A DNA stretch of 64,000 nt from contig CM041465.1 in assembly GCA_023213395.1 (NCBI GenBank), positions 159,905,741 to 159,969,740 of the forward strand. Reading direction: 5' to 3'. This stretch comes from Cycas panzhihuaensis (Eukaryota > Plantae > Cycadophyta). Both the position numbers and the translations under genes were made by a program. Under the pieces are notes generated by a model, which had not been told where the DNA came from, did no database searches, and saw only the letters and a program-made list of their open reading frames with translations. Shown piece by piece: positions 52,069 to 64,000 of the stretch. The stretch's first letter is position 1. Each line of letters begins with the position of its first letter.

Positions 52069-54350
52069 TGTTATAATAGGTATAACAACTTCAATATTAT
52101 AATACTCTATAAGGAGGATCTCTCAAAACCATCAGCATAATGTTCTTGTTGATTGCCTTGCACTCTATATCCTTCATTTTTATTATATAGAGAGATGGCT
52201 AATTCTAAAGTTACGGCTTTCCTCTATTGCCATTAGATTTATATCAAGGTCTTTTATCTCTTATGGGACTTATCTTAAATCTCCTCCTTACGTTTTAGCT
52301 TCAAATAAAAGAGAAGCCTATATCATCAGTAAAAGGGACTATTGATGTGGTGTATTTCACAATATTTCTTAATAATTCTAATAGTAAATAATAACAAAAA
52401 TACCCAAGTATTGCTAAATACTAAATGATGGAAGCAAAAGAATGCTAATAGCCACTCAAAATTACATTGAACAAATGAAGTACTTATATTATAGCAATTA
52501 TGGCAATGTACAAAGAAATAAAATAATAGCAAATATGGTATGTTCACTATAAAATTGAAATAACATTCAATAATGAAGCTCATCTTTATTATAAAGATTC
52601 CACAAGAGTCTTCCATAAAGTTTCCACAAGAGCCTTCCATAAAGCTTTCACAAGGGCCTTCCACAAACGTTTGTCCTTGTTTAAGGTAAGGGAGCCTTCC
52701 AAATAAGTCTTCTCTCAAAAGAGTGCAGAAACAACTAAATTTTAAAAATCATTTTTTCGAAATGACCCAACCACTCCTTATATAGGTTGCACATCCAATT
52801 CTCACCAAAATTCCTATGATATTTTAGACTATGTTGACTCTGAAGTAACTCTAATAATCAGTATTTATGACTCAAAAGTTTAAATAGCCATTTTTTTTTC
52901 AACAATGTTTGTTTAGGACCTACAACTTTGTGTTTTAAAGCTAATGAGAAGCTCTATGTTATTTTTTATGTTTCATAATTTGATTCTAATTATTTCAATA
53001 TCATAACTATAAAATACTCAATATTTCTCTATATTAAAAGTTACCTTGGTCTATTTAGAGGGACAAACATATAACAATTCCTATTATCTTTCAATATGCT
53101 TTACCCTCAAAGTATGGATATAAGCAGATGATGCTTCTACCATGATTCACTTTCTACTTGAACTTTATGTATGTGTTTATAGATTGGCCCCACTTGGCCC
53201 ACTTAGTCATAGATTGATCCTTCATAATATGCAATAATTTCTTCCTTTTTGCTATGTTTTCTTTAAAGTAATTTTAAATTTGAGCTTTAATAAATACCAT
53301 ATGTTATCTCTTGAGATTAGTCATTACTTACATCATTTTATATTTGAGGTTTCAAATAATTTAAAAGTACTTATTGATACTTCTTATGGTCATACTATTG
53401 TACCTTATAGTTTTATTTCCATATGATATCTTACTAGCAAAATGTACTTATGCCTTTGAACTTGTTTCTCTGATGGAGTAACTGTCATTGCAGAAAGACT
53501 TATATATTTCTTCTTCTTATCTTATCTTTGGGTATTATTAGGATTCCTTGGTAACATAATAATAGACCATATATTTAGTAGATCTTGAGGTTTATGTGTC
53601 AGGGGTTCACCTTACTTGAGATCTTATATGCTACTTCTACATTATGTCCATGGGGATTGGCTATTAAATAGTAAAGATTGCTTGGGGATAGGGAGATGAG
53701 GTTGATGTAAATAAAGGATGAGAAATAAAGAAGATGATAAAGGTGTCATGTGAATGAGGAGTTTAGATGGGGACATATAAGATAGGTAAATAGTAAATGG
53801 GGATCAAGTTAGTCAGCATGATAAGAAATGTATATAGGAAAGGTGTTTAGAGTGAAGATGGGATGATATGGAAGAACTTAACTTAGGTGAGGGATTTAGA
53901 GGTAAGAAACATGGGGAATTAGAGGGAAAAATTATAGGTATGAGAGTATGTAAAGAAGAGAACTTGATTGTAAGATGATAAGAGGTAATAAGGATTCTAT
54001 GGTAGGGGCATAATTAGAGAGAAATAGGATGTTATAAAGGGATGAAGCACAAATAAAAGGTATAAATAATAAGGTAGTTTATGGAAATAATGGGAGGATA
54101 AGTGATATTCAAGGTTAGTAGGAAATGAGTAAAATATAATGGATATTCCATATAGGTAGGAGAACGATATATGGGAGGTAGAGTTTGAAGTATCGGTGAT
54201 AGGTGGTATAAGTGATATGGGACAAAAGGGAAAAAATTGAAAGGTAGAGTAAAAGAGAAAGAAGAAATAAAGCGTGATGAAAAGATGGATGTTGACTAAT
54301 TTCAAAGATACAAGGAGTTAAGAATTAGTAAGAGAAGTGAGAACTTAATG
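52069..54350 (-). mobile_element. Degenerate gypsy-like 3' end with a putative ~1-kb LTR (52069-53076)
   Basis: tgttata...tataaca termini; minus-strand 'TTGAGGGTAAAGCA...AGGAAT-TG' resembles a gypsy pol end/PPT; TATA-like motif ~52780; 24-bp x3 repeat at 52600-52668. Confidence 0.4.
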
Positions 54351-54551
54351 ATAACCAAAAGGATGTATATTAACTATGGACTCTTAACAAGTAGGAAATA
54401 TGGAGTTTTTTTTATAGAAATTAAAATTAATCTAACACTTGGAAAATAAATGTCAAGATCTTTATTCTCTATATCTAGTAAACATAAACGCATTAAATAT
54501 ATTATGAACATATTCAAATGAACATAATATATTGAATGGAGGATTAGAAAT

Positions 54552-57500
54552 TATTGAGAAAACTAGGTCCAAATAACCAAAAACTACCACAAAGATTTAA
54601 ACTATTTTGTAACTCATTAAAGAAATTAAATTAGAGATAATATAATAAATAAATTAGAAAGTCAAAGCAACACATATGCACTAGATATAATGTAGTAAAA
54701 CCCTAACAATATGCTAAGTAAACATCCACACATGAAAGGTATCAATCTTTATTATCCAAGAATGGAGAAATGTACATAATTTGTAGTAAGATGCTAACAA
54801 CAATAACAATTAATTGCCTCTTCTTAGTATAGTATATCTAATACATCAAGTACCATCAGCATAATGAAAAAACATCCTAAATTGGGATATATAAGAGAGT
54901 CATATAAGGCACAAATCTTAACTATCAAATCTATGGTATTTTTAATTAATGACCTCAATTCCCTTTATAATTTAATATGTTTTATAGCACTAGCTTTTTG
55001 GGTTGGGGGCTACCACCCTCAAACTCTCTCTTTGTGTGTGTGTGGGGGGTTCTAGCTCCCCTTGTACCCCTCAGCCAAGGGGGTCTCCCACCCCCCTTAG
55101 ATCTCACTGCAAAAGTTTAGAGGGGAAACTACATTGCCAACTCGTCAAAATTTTTACCTCTAAAACATTTTTGTCATATTATTTAATAATCTCCACCTTA
55201 ACAATTTCCTAGACCATTCATTACCTTTTTACAAACCAAAAGAAGTTAAGCACCATTTGAACTTCTCTAATAGTACTAGTTTTATAAACGTGTTAGCACA
55301 ATTCTGTTTTGTGTTAACCTTCTCAAATGCCACTCCCTTCATACCATCTTTATTACTATAACCAACAAAGATACATTTCTTGGATTTCAGGTCTAACTTT
55401 GAATATTGACTTTTATTAGTTAAGGCATAAGCATCACAACAAAAAACTTTCAAATTTGAATAGTAATATGGATGTTCAGTCCATACTTCTTTAGGATTCT
55501 TATAGTCTATTACAAGTGATGATGACCTGTTTACTAAATAATAAGTTGTTTGAATAACTTCTGCCTATAAGCCCTCCTCCACTCCTACATTACTTGACAT
55601 GCTTCTCGCTCTTTCTAAGAGTATCCTATTCATGCGCTCAACTATGCCATTCTGTTGTGGAATATAGTTAGTGGTCTTCTGCCTTTCAATCCCAACTTCT
55701 CTATAATAGTTCTTGAACACTAAAGAGTTGAATTTACCTCTATTGTCAGTTCTTAAATATTTAATTGACCTACTAATGCTCTTCTCAACCAGAGCCTTAA
55801 ATTACTTAAACACACTAAAAATTTTAGATTTTCCTTTTAAAAAATAGACCTATACCTTTTTGGAGTAAAAAATAGACCTATACAAAAAGTCAAATCTAAA
55901 ATTTGCAAGTTAGGAAGTAACTTATAGTTCATCAGCATCTTAAATTCTCTCTCACTCATGTGCCCAAGTCTTTGATGCTATAACTATGCTAGATCTTATG
56001 TTATCTTTGATGTTGTAACTGCATTGTTGACATCTGTACTTCCCACCAAAATGTAAAGGTTTTCTTTCTTTAAGGCTTTTATAACAACCAAGGTGCCCTT
56101 TAATACCTTCAAGACTCATTCATGACCTGTGTACTTATAATCACTAGAATCTAGTTCACCGAAGGAAATCAAATTCCTTTTTAGATTAGGTACATGTCTT
56201 ACTTTAGCTAATATTCTTACTATACCATCAAACATTTTAATTTTGATGTTACTAATACTTATTGTCTTACAGAAAACTTTGTTTCTCATAAGTACATCAC
56301 CATCATCAAAAGGTTGGTATGATGAAAACTAACTCTTGTGTGGATACATATGGTGTGAAGCACCTAAATCTAATAACTAATCATGATGATAATGGTAAAC
56401 ATTATAAGAAACCAACACATCATCATATGTACCTTGATTTGACTCCACCTAATTAGTCTCCTTAGTAAGATTTTCTTTTTTCTAGAACTCCTTCCTTTTG
56501 TAGTAATCTTTCTTAAGGTGACCTATCTTATTGCAGTTCTAACATCTAAGCTTACTCTTCTTGCCTTTTGACTTTGACCTTGATATGTCCCTAGAGCTTT
56601 ATCCTCTCTCAATTATTCTGACTCTTGCTATCATAGCTTCTAGTGTGGAGGTTTCAAGACAGGACTTCCTCCTTACCTCTCCCATTATCAAAGAACTCAC
56701 AACAAAATCATAGTCTAATTTATTTGTAGTACTAAAACTAATTGAGGTGATAATATTATCCCAAGATTCTGGTTATAAACATAATAAGGTAATAGCCTTA
56801 TCGTCATTCTCAATCGTGATATTGATACTAGCTAATTAACAAATAAGAGTATTAAAAATATTTAAATAATCAGGAATTTTTGTACATTCCTTCATCTATA
56901 ATGAGTACAACTACCTCTTCAAGTAGATTCAATTCATCACTAATTTGGTCATGTACAAGCCTTCTAATCAAGTCCATAATCCTATTACTATCTTTTCTCC
57001 TCTGATGTTAAGTAGAACTTCATCTACCAAGTACAATCGTATTATGCTAAGAGCTCTTTTATCCAGATCATCCTATTCGTCATCGTCCCTCCCTATAGGT
57101 TTCTTCAATTTACCTATTAGAGCTCTATATAATCCCTATTATACTATAACATCATACGCTTTCAGCTTCCATAACTCAAAGTTATTCTTGCCATTGAATT
57201 TCCCCACCTTAAACTTTGAATTTGCTAGTTTTATGATTTAGTGCATAAAAAGTTAACACCAAAACCTTCACAAACTTGTTATAAAAATAAAAGTAGCTTT
57301 GATACCACTTATTAAGAAAACTAGATCCCAATAACTAGAAACTACCACTAAGACCTAAACTATTTTATAACTCGTTACAAGAATTAAAACTAAAATTTAA
57401 CATACAGATTCTTAAACCATAGATAATATAATAAATAAATTAGAAGGTCAAAGTATCACATATACACCAGATATAATATAGTAAAACCCTAGTAGTGTGC

Positions 57501-57976
57501 TAAGGAAATATCCACATAAGAGATGTATTAATCTTTATTATCTAAGAATGGAGAAATATACATAATCTATAGTAGAATGCTCACAACAATAACAACTAGC
57601 CACCTCTTCTCAATATAATACATCTAATATATCAAATACCATCAACATAATAAAAAAACACCCTAAATCAGGCTATATAAGAGAGTCATACAAGGCACAA
57701 ATTTTGACCATCAAATATGGGGTATTTTTAATGAATGACCCCGATTCTCATTACAATTTAGTATGTTTTATAGTGCTAACTTTTTGGGTTGAGGACTACT
57801 ACCCGCGAACCTTCTCTTTACGAGGGAGGAGGGTGTTTCAACTTCTTCTATATCCCTTGGCTAAAGAGGGCTCTCCCCGCCCCCTTAGATCCCCTTGTAA
57901 AAGTTTAGAGAAAAAACCACATTGCCAACTTGTCAAAAATTTTGCCTCTAAAATATTATTATTATATTGTCTAATA
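54552..57976 (-). mobile_element. Ty1/copia element C (Tnt1/Tork-like), internally deleted with no RT
   Basis: LTRs 54552-55188 / 57310-57976; perfect TSD gaaat; PBS gctttgatacca at 57296-57307; PPT complement atctccacctt; gag 'KFNGKNNFELWKLK', PR and INT present. Confidence 0.92.
55229..57230 (-). pseudogene. copia C gag-PR-INT fused to the RNase H tail
   Basis: 'SKLDLKSKKCIFVGYS..GMKG' runs straight into 'EKVNTKQNCANTFIKLVLLEKFKWCL'. Confidence 0.85.
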
Positions 57977-57981
57977 GAAAT

Positions 57982-59944
57982 TAGCTCTAACCTAAAATAA
58001 TGATAGATCAAATTAATTGATAATTAATACAAAATTTTGCTAGAGTTTAGACTCTCGCTAAATACATCTTAATTTTATAATTAGATAAGTGTAAATATGG
58101 TCTTAATTTATAGAGGGCTCGATGTCTATCACTTTACAAATAGTGGATGTGGATTATACCTCATATGCTTATACTTTATTAGATCTCATATTATATAAAT
58201 CTCATCAGATAGTTCTGAGGCTAAAGTGGGGTGTTAATTCTCATCTAGGACTTATAAGATTAAGCCATAACTTAAAATATATTTATACTTTATCTAAATG
58301 AAGTGACTAACTTTATAAAAAAGTGCATGAAGGAGTTATTATATTTTAATATCTTTCTTTAATGACAACTTCATTAATCTCAAGGTCATGTCAAAATTTA
58401 TTAAACTTTAGTTTACCAAGTGCTTTAGTCAAGATATCAGTAACCTAGTCATTAATTAATTTATACATAAGATTAATTTCTCTGTATTAAACATGTTCAC
58501 AGATGAAATGATGATGGAACTTGATATGATTTGTATGTATTTTATGATGTGCTTTATGTTTTTCAATGGAGTCATTAATATGATACTTTATTTTTTAAAG
58601 CCAATGATAATCAATTAGCTTCTTTTCTAAAAGTAATTTAGTAAACTCCTAAGTATCAATTTTCATAATGGAATTCATCTCTTCATCCAAGGAATCCTAC
58701 CAAGTTTTGGTTTTAGTTGCCTCCTTAAAGGTGGAAGGTTTAGAAGCATTAAAAACTTATGCCATTAAAATAAAGTTTATAGTATGTCTTAGTTTATATT
58801 ACCTTTTTGTTCTATAGGAGGTGAAGGTGCATCTTCCATGACTTGCAAGTACCACTTATAAAGTTTCTTAATGCTTTCATCTTATTCTTCTTCTTGAGAT
58901 AGAGGTGGCAATGTAGATATCAATGTATAAGTGGATAGAGATGCAGAGGAGTAGATGAAGAACTTAGAGTATATAGAATTGAAGGAGTAGAAGTGACTTG
59001 TATTAGTATATGAGGGACTTCTAAAACACCATCATCATCATCTATTAAAAACTATATTTGAGATTGATCTAAGTCCTAATTGTCTTCTATAAATGTAATA
59101 TCTTGAGATGAATATGCCTATCTTCCAATAGGATCATATACTTTATAAGCTTTGTAACTGGGTACATAGCCTATGAAGATATACTTTAAGCTTTTATCAT
59201 TAAGTTTCCTTCTATTTTATTTTATAATATACATATAGGTTGTACAACTAAATATTTTAAGGTATGATACTATAGGCTTTTGTCCTAACCAAGTGTCCTT
59301 AAGTATCATATTTCTGATAGCTGAAGTCAGGCTCTTATTTGTAAGGTAAGTAGTGGTAGAAATAACTTTAGCCCAAAATAAATCAGCAATGTTTACAATA
59401 TTTACCATTGTTTTTTCCTTATTCACTAATGCTTGATTCATATATTTAGTAATACCATTTTACTAAGGGGTATGAGGAGCTAAAAACTAGCATTTAATAC
59501 CATATTCTTTATAGAAATTAGTGAATTAATTTGATGTATACTCACCTCTATTATCTGTACACAGTATTTTGATTATTATATCAAATTCATTTTTAACTTC
59601 AACTTGGAATTTCTTAAATTTCTCAAAGGCTTTAATCCTATTCTTCAAAATGTAAACCTAATTTTTTTTTAGAATAATCATTAATAAAAGTAATAAAATA
59701 GAAGCTTCTATTAAGTGAAGACTTAGACATAGGTCCACAAATATCTAAGTGAACTAATCCCAATAGTTTAATTGAATGCTAAGATTGCTTAGATTGAATT
59801 GGTTCCCTATGTTACTTATCAAGTATGTAGGCTTCATAAAAAAAAATATTCTATTTAATCTTAGGCAACCTATGTACCATTTAAAGTCTAAACATGAAAT
59901 TGAGACTCTGTATCTTTAGGTGACTAAAGCATTAATACCATAAC
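57982..59944 (-). mobile_element. Ty1/copia element D fragment (part of 3' LTR, RH tail, RT start, INT); RT largely deleted
   Basis: INT 'LFWAKVISTTTYLTNKSLT', RT start 'EPSTFKEA', 'SIEKHKAH' joined to RH 'HIKFHHHFICEHV'; PPT at ~58352. Confidence 0.75.
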
Positions 59945-60387
59945 TGTTGGTAGAAGGGTAGATCAAAACATATTATTATAAGGCCATAGTGAAATAATTA
60001 ACAAAATTTCTAAAAAATACTGATAATATTGAGAAACACCTTTGGTCCATGAGGCCTATTTAAATAATTAGGATGTTGGGCTTACCCAATGTTTACCGAT
60101 GTTTGGTGTTAAAAAACACCATTAAAAAGTGGGCGAGTGGGTCAACTATGGTGGCTATAGTCGACTTCACACCATCCAATGTCAATATACTTTTTAGAAT
60201 TCCCTTTAATGAACATTATTCCATCATTCTCCCTTATAATGTTCATTAAGGATAACTCCAATCTTGTCTCTAAATTTGTGAAACTTGATTCTTTTAAGAG
60301 CCTTGGTAAAGATGTTTGCCACCTATTAATCTATGCTATATAAACTAATTTAATCTCATCTACTTGCATCAATTCCTTGATAAAGTG
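59945..60387 (-). mobile_element. Ty1/copia element E 3' end (LTR 59945-60226, PPT, RH tail)
   Basis: 'HFIKELMQ...VANIFTKALKRIKF'; PPT AAGGGAGAA; LTR termini tgttgg...ccatca. Confidence 0.7.
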
Positions 60388-63300
60388 ATTAAAAAGAGTG
60401 GATCTATCCTTCATCTCCATGTACTAGACACAAAGGCAAACATGGGAGCAAGACAGACTTAAGAGAAAGAAAGTAGCAATCTAATTTAAAGTTCACTTAA
60501 GACCCTTTTTAGAAATAATTAACTAATGCAATGACCCTGTGACATTAACCCATTTCAATCATCCCCTTAAAGATAGAAGGTCATTTCATCCTATTTTATT
60601 CTATCATATGAGGTCTTCATTTGAGCCTCTTACAAACTAAACTACTATGACACTTTTGTGGGAAACCCTCATCAGGAAGAAAACCTGCAGATTTTCTAAT
60701 CTACTAACCTAGATCAAGCGGCTCTTTAAATGAATCCAAATAGCCATTCACTATAATGAATTTTATAGCTAAAATCTACTAAGTCTCCATATACCATTTG
60801 GTCATCCCCCATGCCTTTTCAAGTTTTTATAGGTTTTGATTTTCTAAAATGATACAACCCTTATCCTTTCATGCCCATAAGGGGTTTTCACAAATGGGAT
60901 AGAGTAGAGACTTACTTTTATCCTTCCATGCCCATAAGAGGTTTTCACGAATGAGATAGAGTATGATAGTCTTATTGTCATCTCCTTCTATTAGTTGGAG
61001 ATGGAGACCCTAAGGCTGAGTTGCTTTTGGAAATGTTTAAACTTCACCTTCTTCAATGGTTTTGTGAAGATATTGGCAACTTGATCTGTTCTGGGGTAGT
61101 AATCTAGTTGAATTATGCCATCATAAACTAGTTCTCTAATTATGTGGACTTTCATACTTATATGTTTGGTACGATCATAAAATATAGGGTTTTTAGCCAT
61201 TTGAATTGTAGATTGATTATCTGTATGTAAGCTAGTAGAACTTGTTTGGGTGGCATTTAATGTATTCAATATTTTTCTAAGCCATATCACCTCTTTACAT
61301 GTTTTAAAAGTAATAATATATTAATCTTTGATAGTTGAGACTGTAACTATATTTTGACATCTGGATCTCCATGATATTGGTGATATTCTAAGAAATGTTA
61401 TATACCTAGATGTAGATCTTCTTATGTCTTTATCTCTAGCAAAGTCTAAGTCTATATTGGGTCCATACAACAGACCATATTTGTTGGTCGTATTTAGGTA
61501 CCTAAACACTTGTATTGTAGCTTACTAGTGATTCTACTTAGGATTTGTCATGAATCTTGTAAGAATTCTGACAGAGTGTGCAATATTTATCCTTGTGTTG
61601 GTAGTATAGATGAGACTACCTACAAGTTACCTGTAGAGTGTTGCGTCTGCCTCCCTAGTGTCACCATCAGTTGAGAGTTTAACATTAGCTTCCATAGGTG
61701 TAGCAACTGTTCGAGCACCATCCAATAGAAACTTTGTCAGAAGATTGTTAGTATATTTTTCTTGGGAGAGAAACATTTTTTCATTCTTTTGAGTTACTTC
61801 AATTCTCAAGTAATATTTCATCAACCCAAGATTAAACATTTCAAAAGTTTTAGCAAGGTCCTTCTTCAGCTGGTTAATTACCTGTTCACTATTCCCCATT
61901 ATTAGCATATTATCCATAAAGATTAAGAGGTAAGTGACTTTATCATTTTAGCACTTGATAAATAATGTTATATTAATATCTTAATAGTCGTAAACATCAT
62001 ATCCAAGTTGTCTCATTCTTTTAAACAACTTGGTAAACCAAGCATGAGGGGCTTGTTTTAGGCTGTACAAGGACTTTTTGAGCCTACAAACCTTATGCTC
62101 ATAACCAACAATCTTGTATCCTTCTGGTTGAGCCATGTAAATTTCTTCTTTAAGGTCCCCATTGAGAATTACAGTCTTAACATTGAGTTGGTGGATTTTT
62201 CAATCTTGTTGAGTAGCCAAGGCTATAAGAGTTTTGATTGTAGGCCACTTAGTTATAGGAGCAAAGATTTTAGTGTAGTCGATGTCTTCCCTTTGCATGA
62301 ATCCTTTTAGTACTAACCTCACCTTGTGTTTTTTTAAGGTTCCATCTGATCTGTACTTATTTTTGAACACCCATTTATTGCAAATTATCTTTTATCTAAC
62401 TGGTAGATCAATAAGCTCCTATGTACCATTTTTTATAAGAGATTGATACTCTTCATTTATGACATTTCTCTAAGCTACATGCTTTATAGCTTCTTGGTAC
62501 GTTAGGGGCTCTTCATTAAGAGCAAGGTATAGTTCTTCTAATTTAAGCTCAACAGAAAGTGATTCATGCATCATTGCTCTATGGGCACTTCTAATGCCAG
62601 TTTTGCGTACCTCATCTGGTCGCATATCCTTGTGTAGTTGGTAGGCTTCATGAAAACCTCATGTTGGGAATAAGGTTTTTATTTCCACAGCCTCTTAGTC
62701 TTTATTTTAATCCTAAAAAGTATCATATAAAATGTTTAGCATGGAGGAAGTTAACGATGTTGGAGAATATGGGCCAACCATAGATATTGGAGAAGATGGT
62801 CCTTCTACTATGGCTTTGCTTTTGTCAACTTGGCTATTCGCAAATGATGGTGTTGGATGTGTACACATTGGTTAGGAGTCATAACTTATATCCTCTATGG
62901 CTCTATTATCAGATTCTAAGATTTTGAGCAACTGTTGAGCATCTGCCCCCCTAAATTTTAGAATCTGGACATCAAATTTAGTAGCATCATTAAATCGATA
63001 CGAAGGCATCTTGGAGTCAAGTCTAAGTAATTGATCTTCAGTCTCTGCAAAGGTAACATCTCTAGTATAATGATTTTATATTATGAAGGTATGAAAACCT
63101 TGTACCCCTTTCTATCCATAGGGTATCTGACAAAGATGCCTTTTAGGGCTTTATCTTAGAGCTTATTTCTGTGTTCCTCTAGAATGTGAGCATAACAAGT
63201 AGAATAAAAAATTTTAAAGTGGGAGATAGAGGGGGTTTGTCCATACCATATTTCATGTGGAGAGGGGTTGAGCTTGCGAGGAATAATAGTGTTAATGTAA

Positions 63301-64000
63301 TATACAGTAGTCTAGATAGCCTCATCCCAAAGATATACAGGCACATGCTTATATATTAGCATAGTACAAACCATGTTCATGATGGTCCTATTCATGCACT
63401 CGGTAACTCCATTTTACTGCAGTAGTGGTCTGATGTTTGATTCCATACTATCATAGGTACAATTCAAACTCATTACATATGTACTTACCACCATTATCAG
63501 TCTTGAGTATTTTGATCTTGAATCCAGATTTATTTTCCATGCAGTTCTTAAAAGCTTGAAACATAGAAAAAGCTTCATCTTTCTTTGCAAGAAAAGCAAC
63601 CTATACTTTCTTGGTAAAATCATCAATGAAAGTAATATAGTACTACTTTTGTTTGAGAGAAGGGATGGGCATAGGACTGCATATATTTGAGTGTAAAACC
63701 TGCAAAGGTTGGCTAAATTTCCACTGTCTATGAGGAAAAGGTTGTCTTTGAGATTTAGCAATATTACATGCTTCACATTTGAAGGGCTTAGAGGAGAGCC
63801 TAGGCATACTAGGAAGAGTGGTATGTAGTTCTCTTAAATGATCAATTTTGATATGGCCCATATAAGCATGCCATAGGGCCAGTTGGGAAAACTTTTGAGG
63901 AGTCAGGGTTATAGTAAAAGAAGAGTCATTATCAACATAGTTGGCTTCAGAGGATGGTGAGCCAGTTAGATGAAAAAGTTTGCCATCAAGAATTCCAATC
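60386..64000 (-). mobile_element. Ty1/copia element F (3' LTR ~60386-60980, RH, RT, INT); continues beyond the window
   Basis: 'TDNQSTIQMAKNPIFYDRTKHI' (RH), 'SLYSLKQAPHAW' (RT), 'CEACNIAK...VLHSNICSPM' (INT); PPT AGAAGGAGA; ~57-bp tandem repeat inside the LTR. Confidence 0.88.

Noticed and set aside
52326-52718. 130-aa ORF with repeats and a hydrophobic tail
   Set aside because: It lies in a putative LTR, derives from a 24-bp tandem repeat plus T-rich DNA, and has no recognisable domain.

Overview
This is an AT-rich, CpG/CHG-depleted plant genomic window, about 90% nested and decayed LTR retrotransposons. A large-genome non-angiosperm is my guess from the element types only. I recognise no intact protein-coding gene. 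Left part: the 5' half of a Tat-like Ty3/gypsy element (1-9805, -) is inserted in a chromodomain-bearing Ty3/gypsy element (9806-29266, +). That element is interrupted by Ty1/copia A (11493-25854, +), which carries a hAT transposase relic in its leader and a nested copia B (17032-24203, -) flanked by a ~71-bp duplication instead of a 5-bp TSD. Centre: a complete 18-kb Tat-like element (31075-49146, -) with 3.1-3.2-kb LTRs, TSD, PBS and PPT. Its region 3' of the integrase holds a divergent pair of accessory genes: an antisense Plant Mobile Domain (PMD) plus coiled-coil gene and a free-standing archaeal-type RNase H. Right part: a ~750-bp CpG-retaining island of unknown function (50230-50990) between two short tandem duplications, then a gypsy remnant and a stack of four copia elements, two of which lack RT. 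Several unrelated copia elements share a stem-loop that loops out the PPT/LTR junction. All protein calls come from manual translation and motif recognition; no database search was run.
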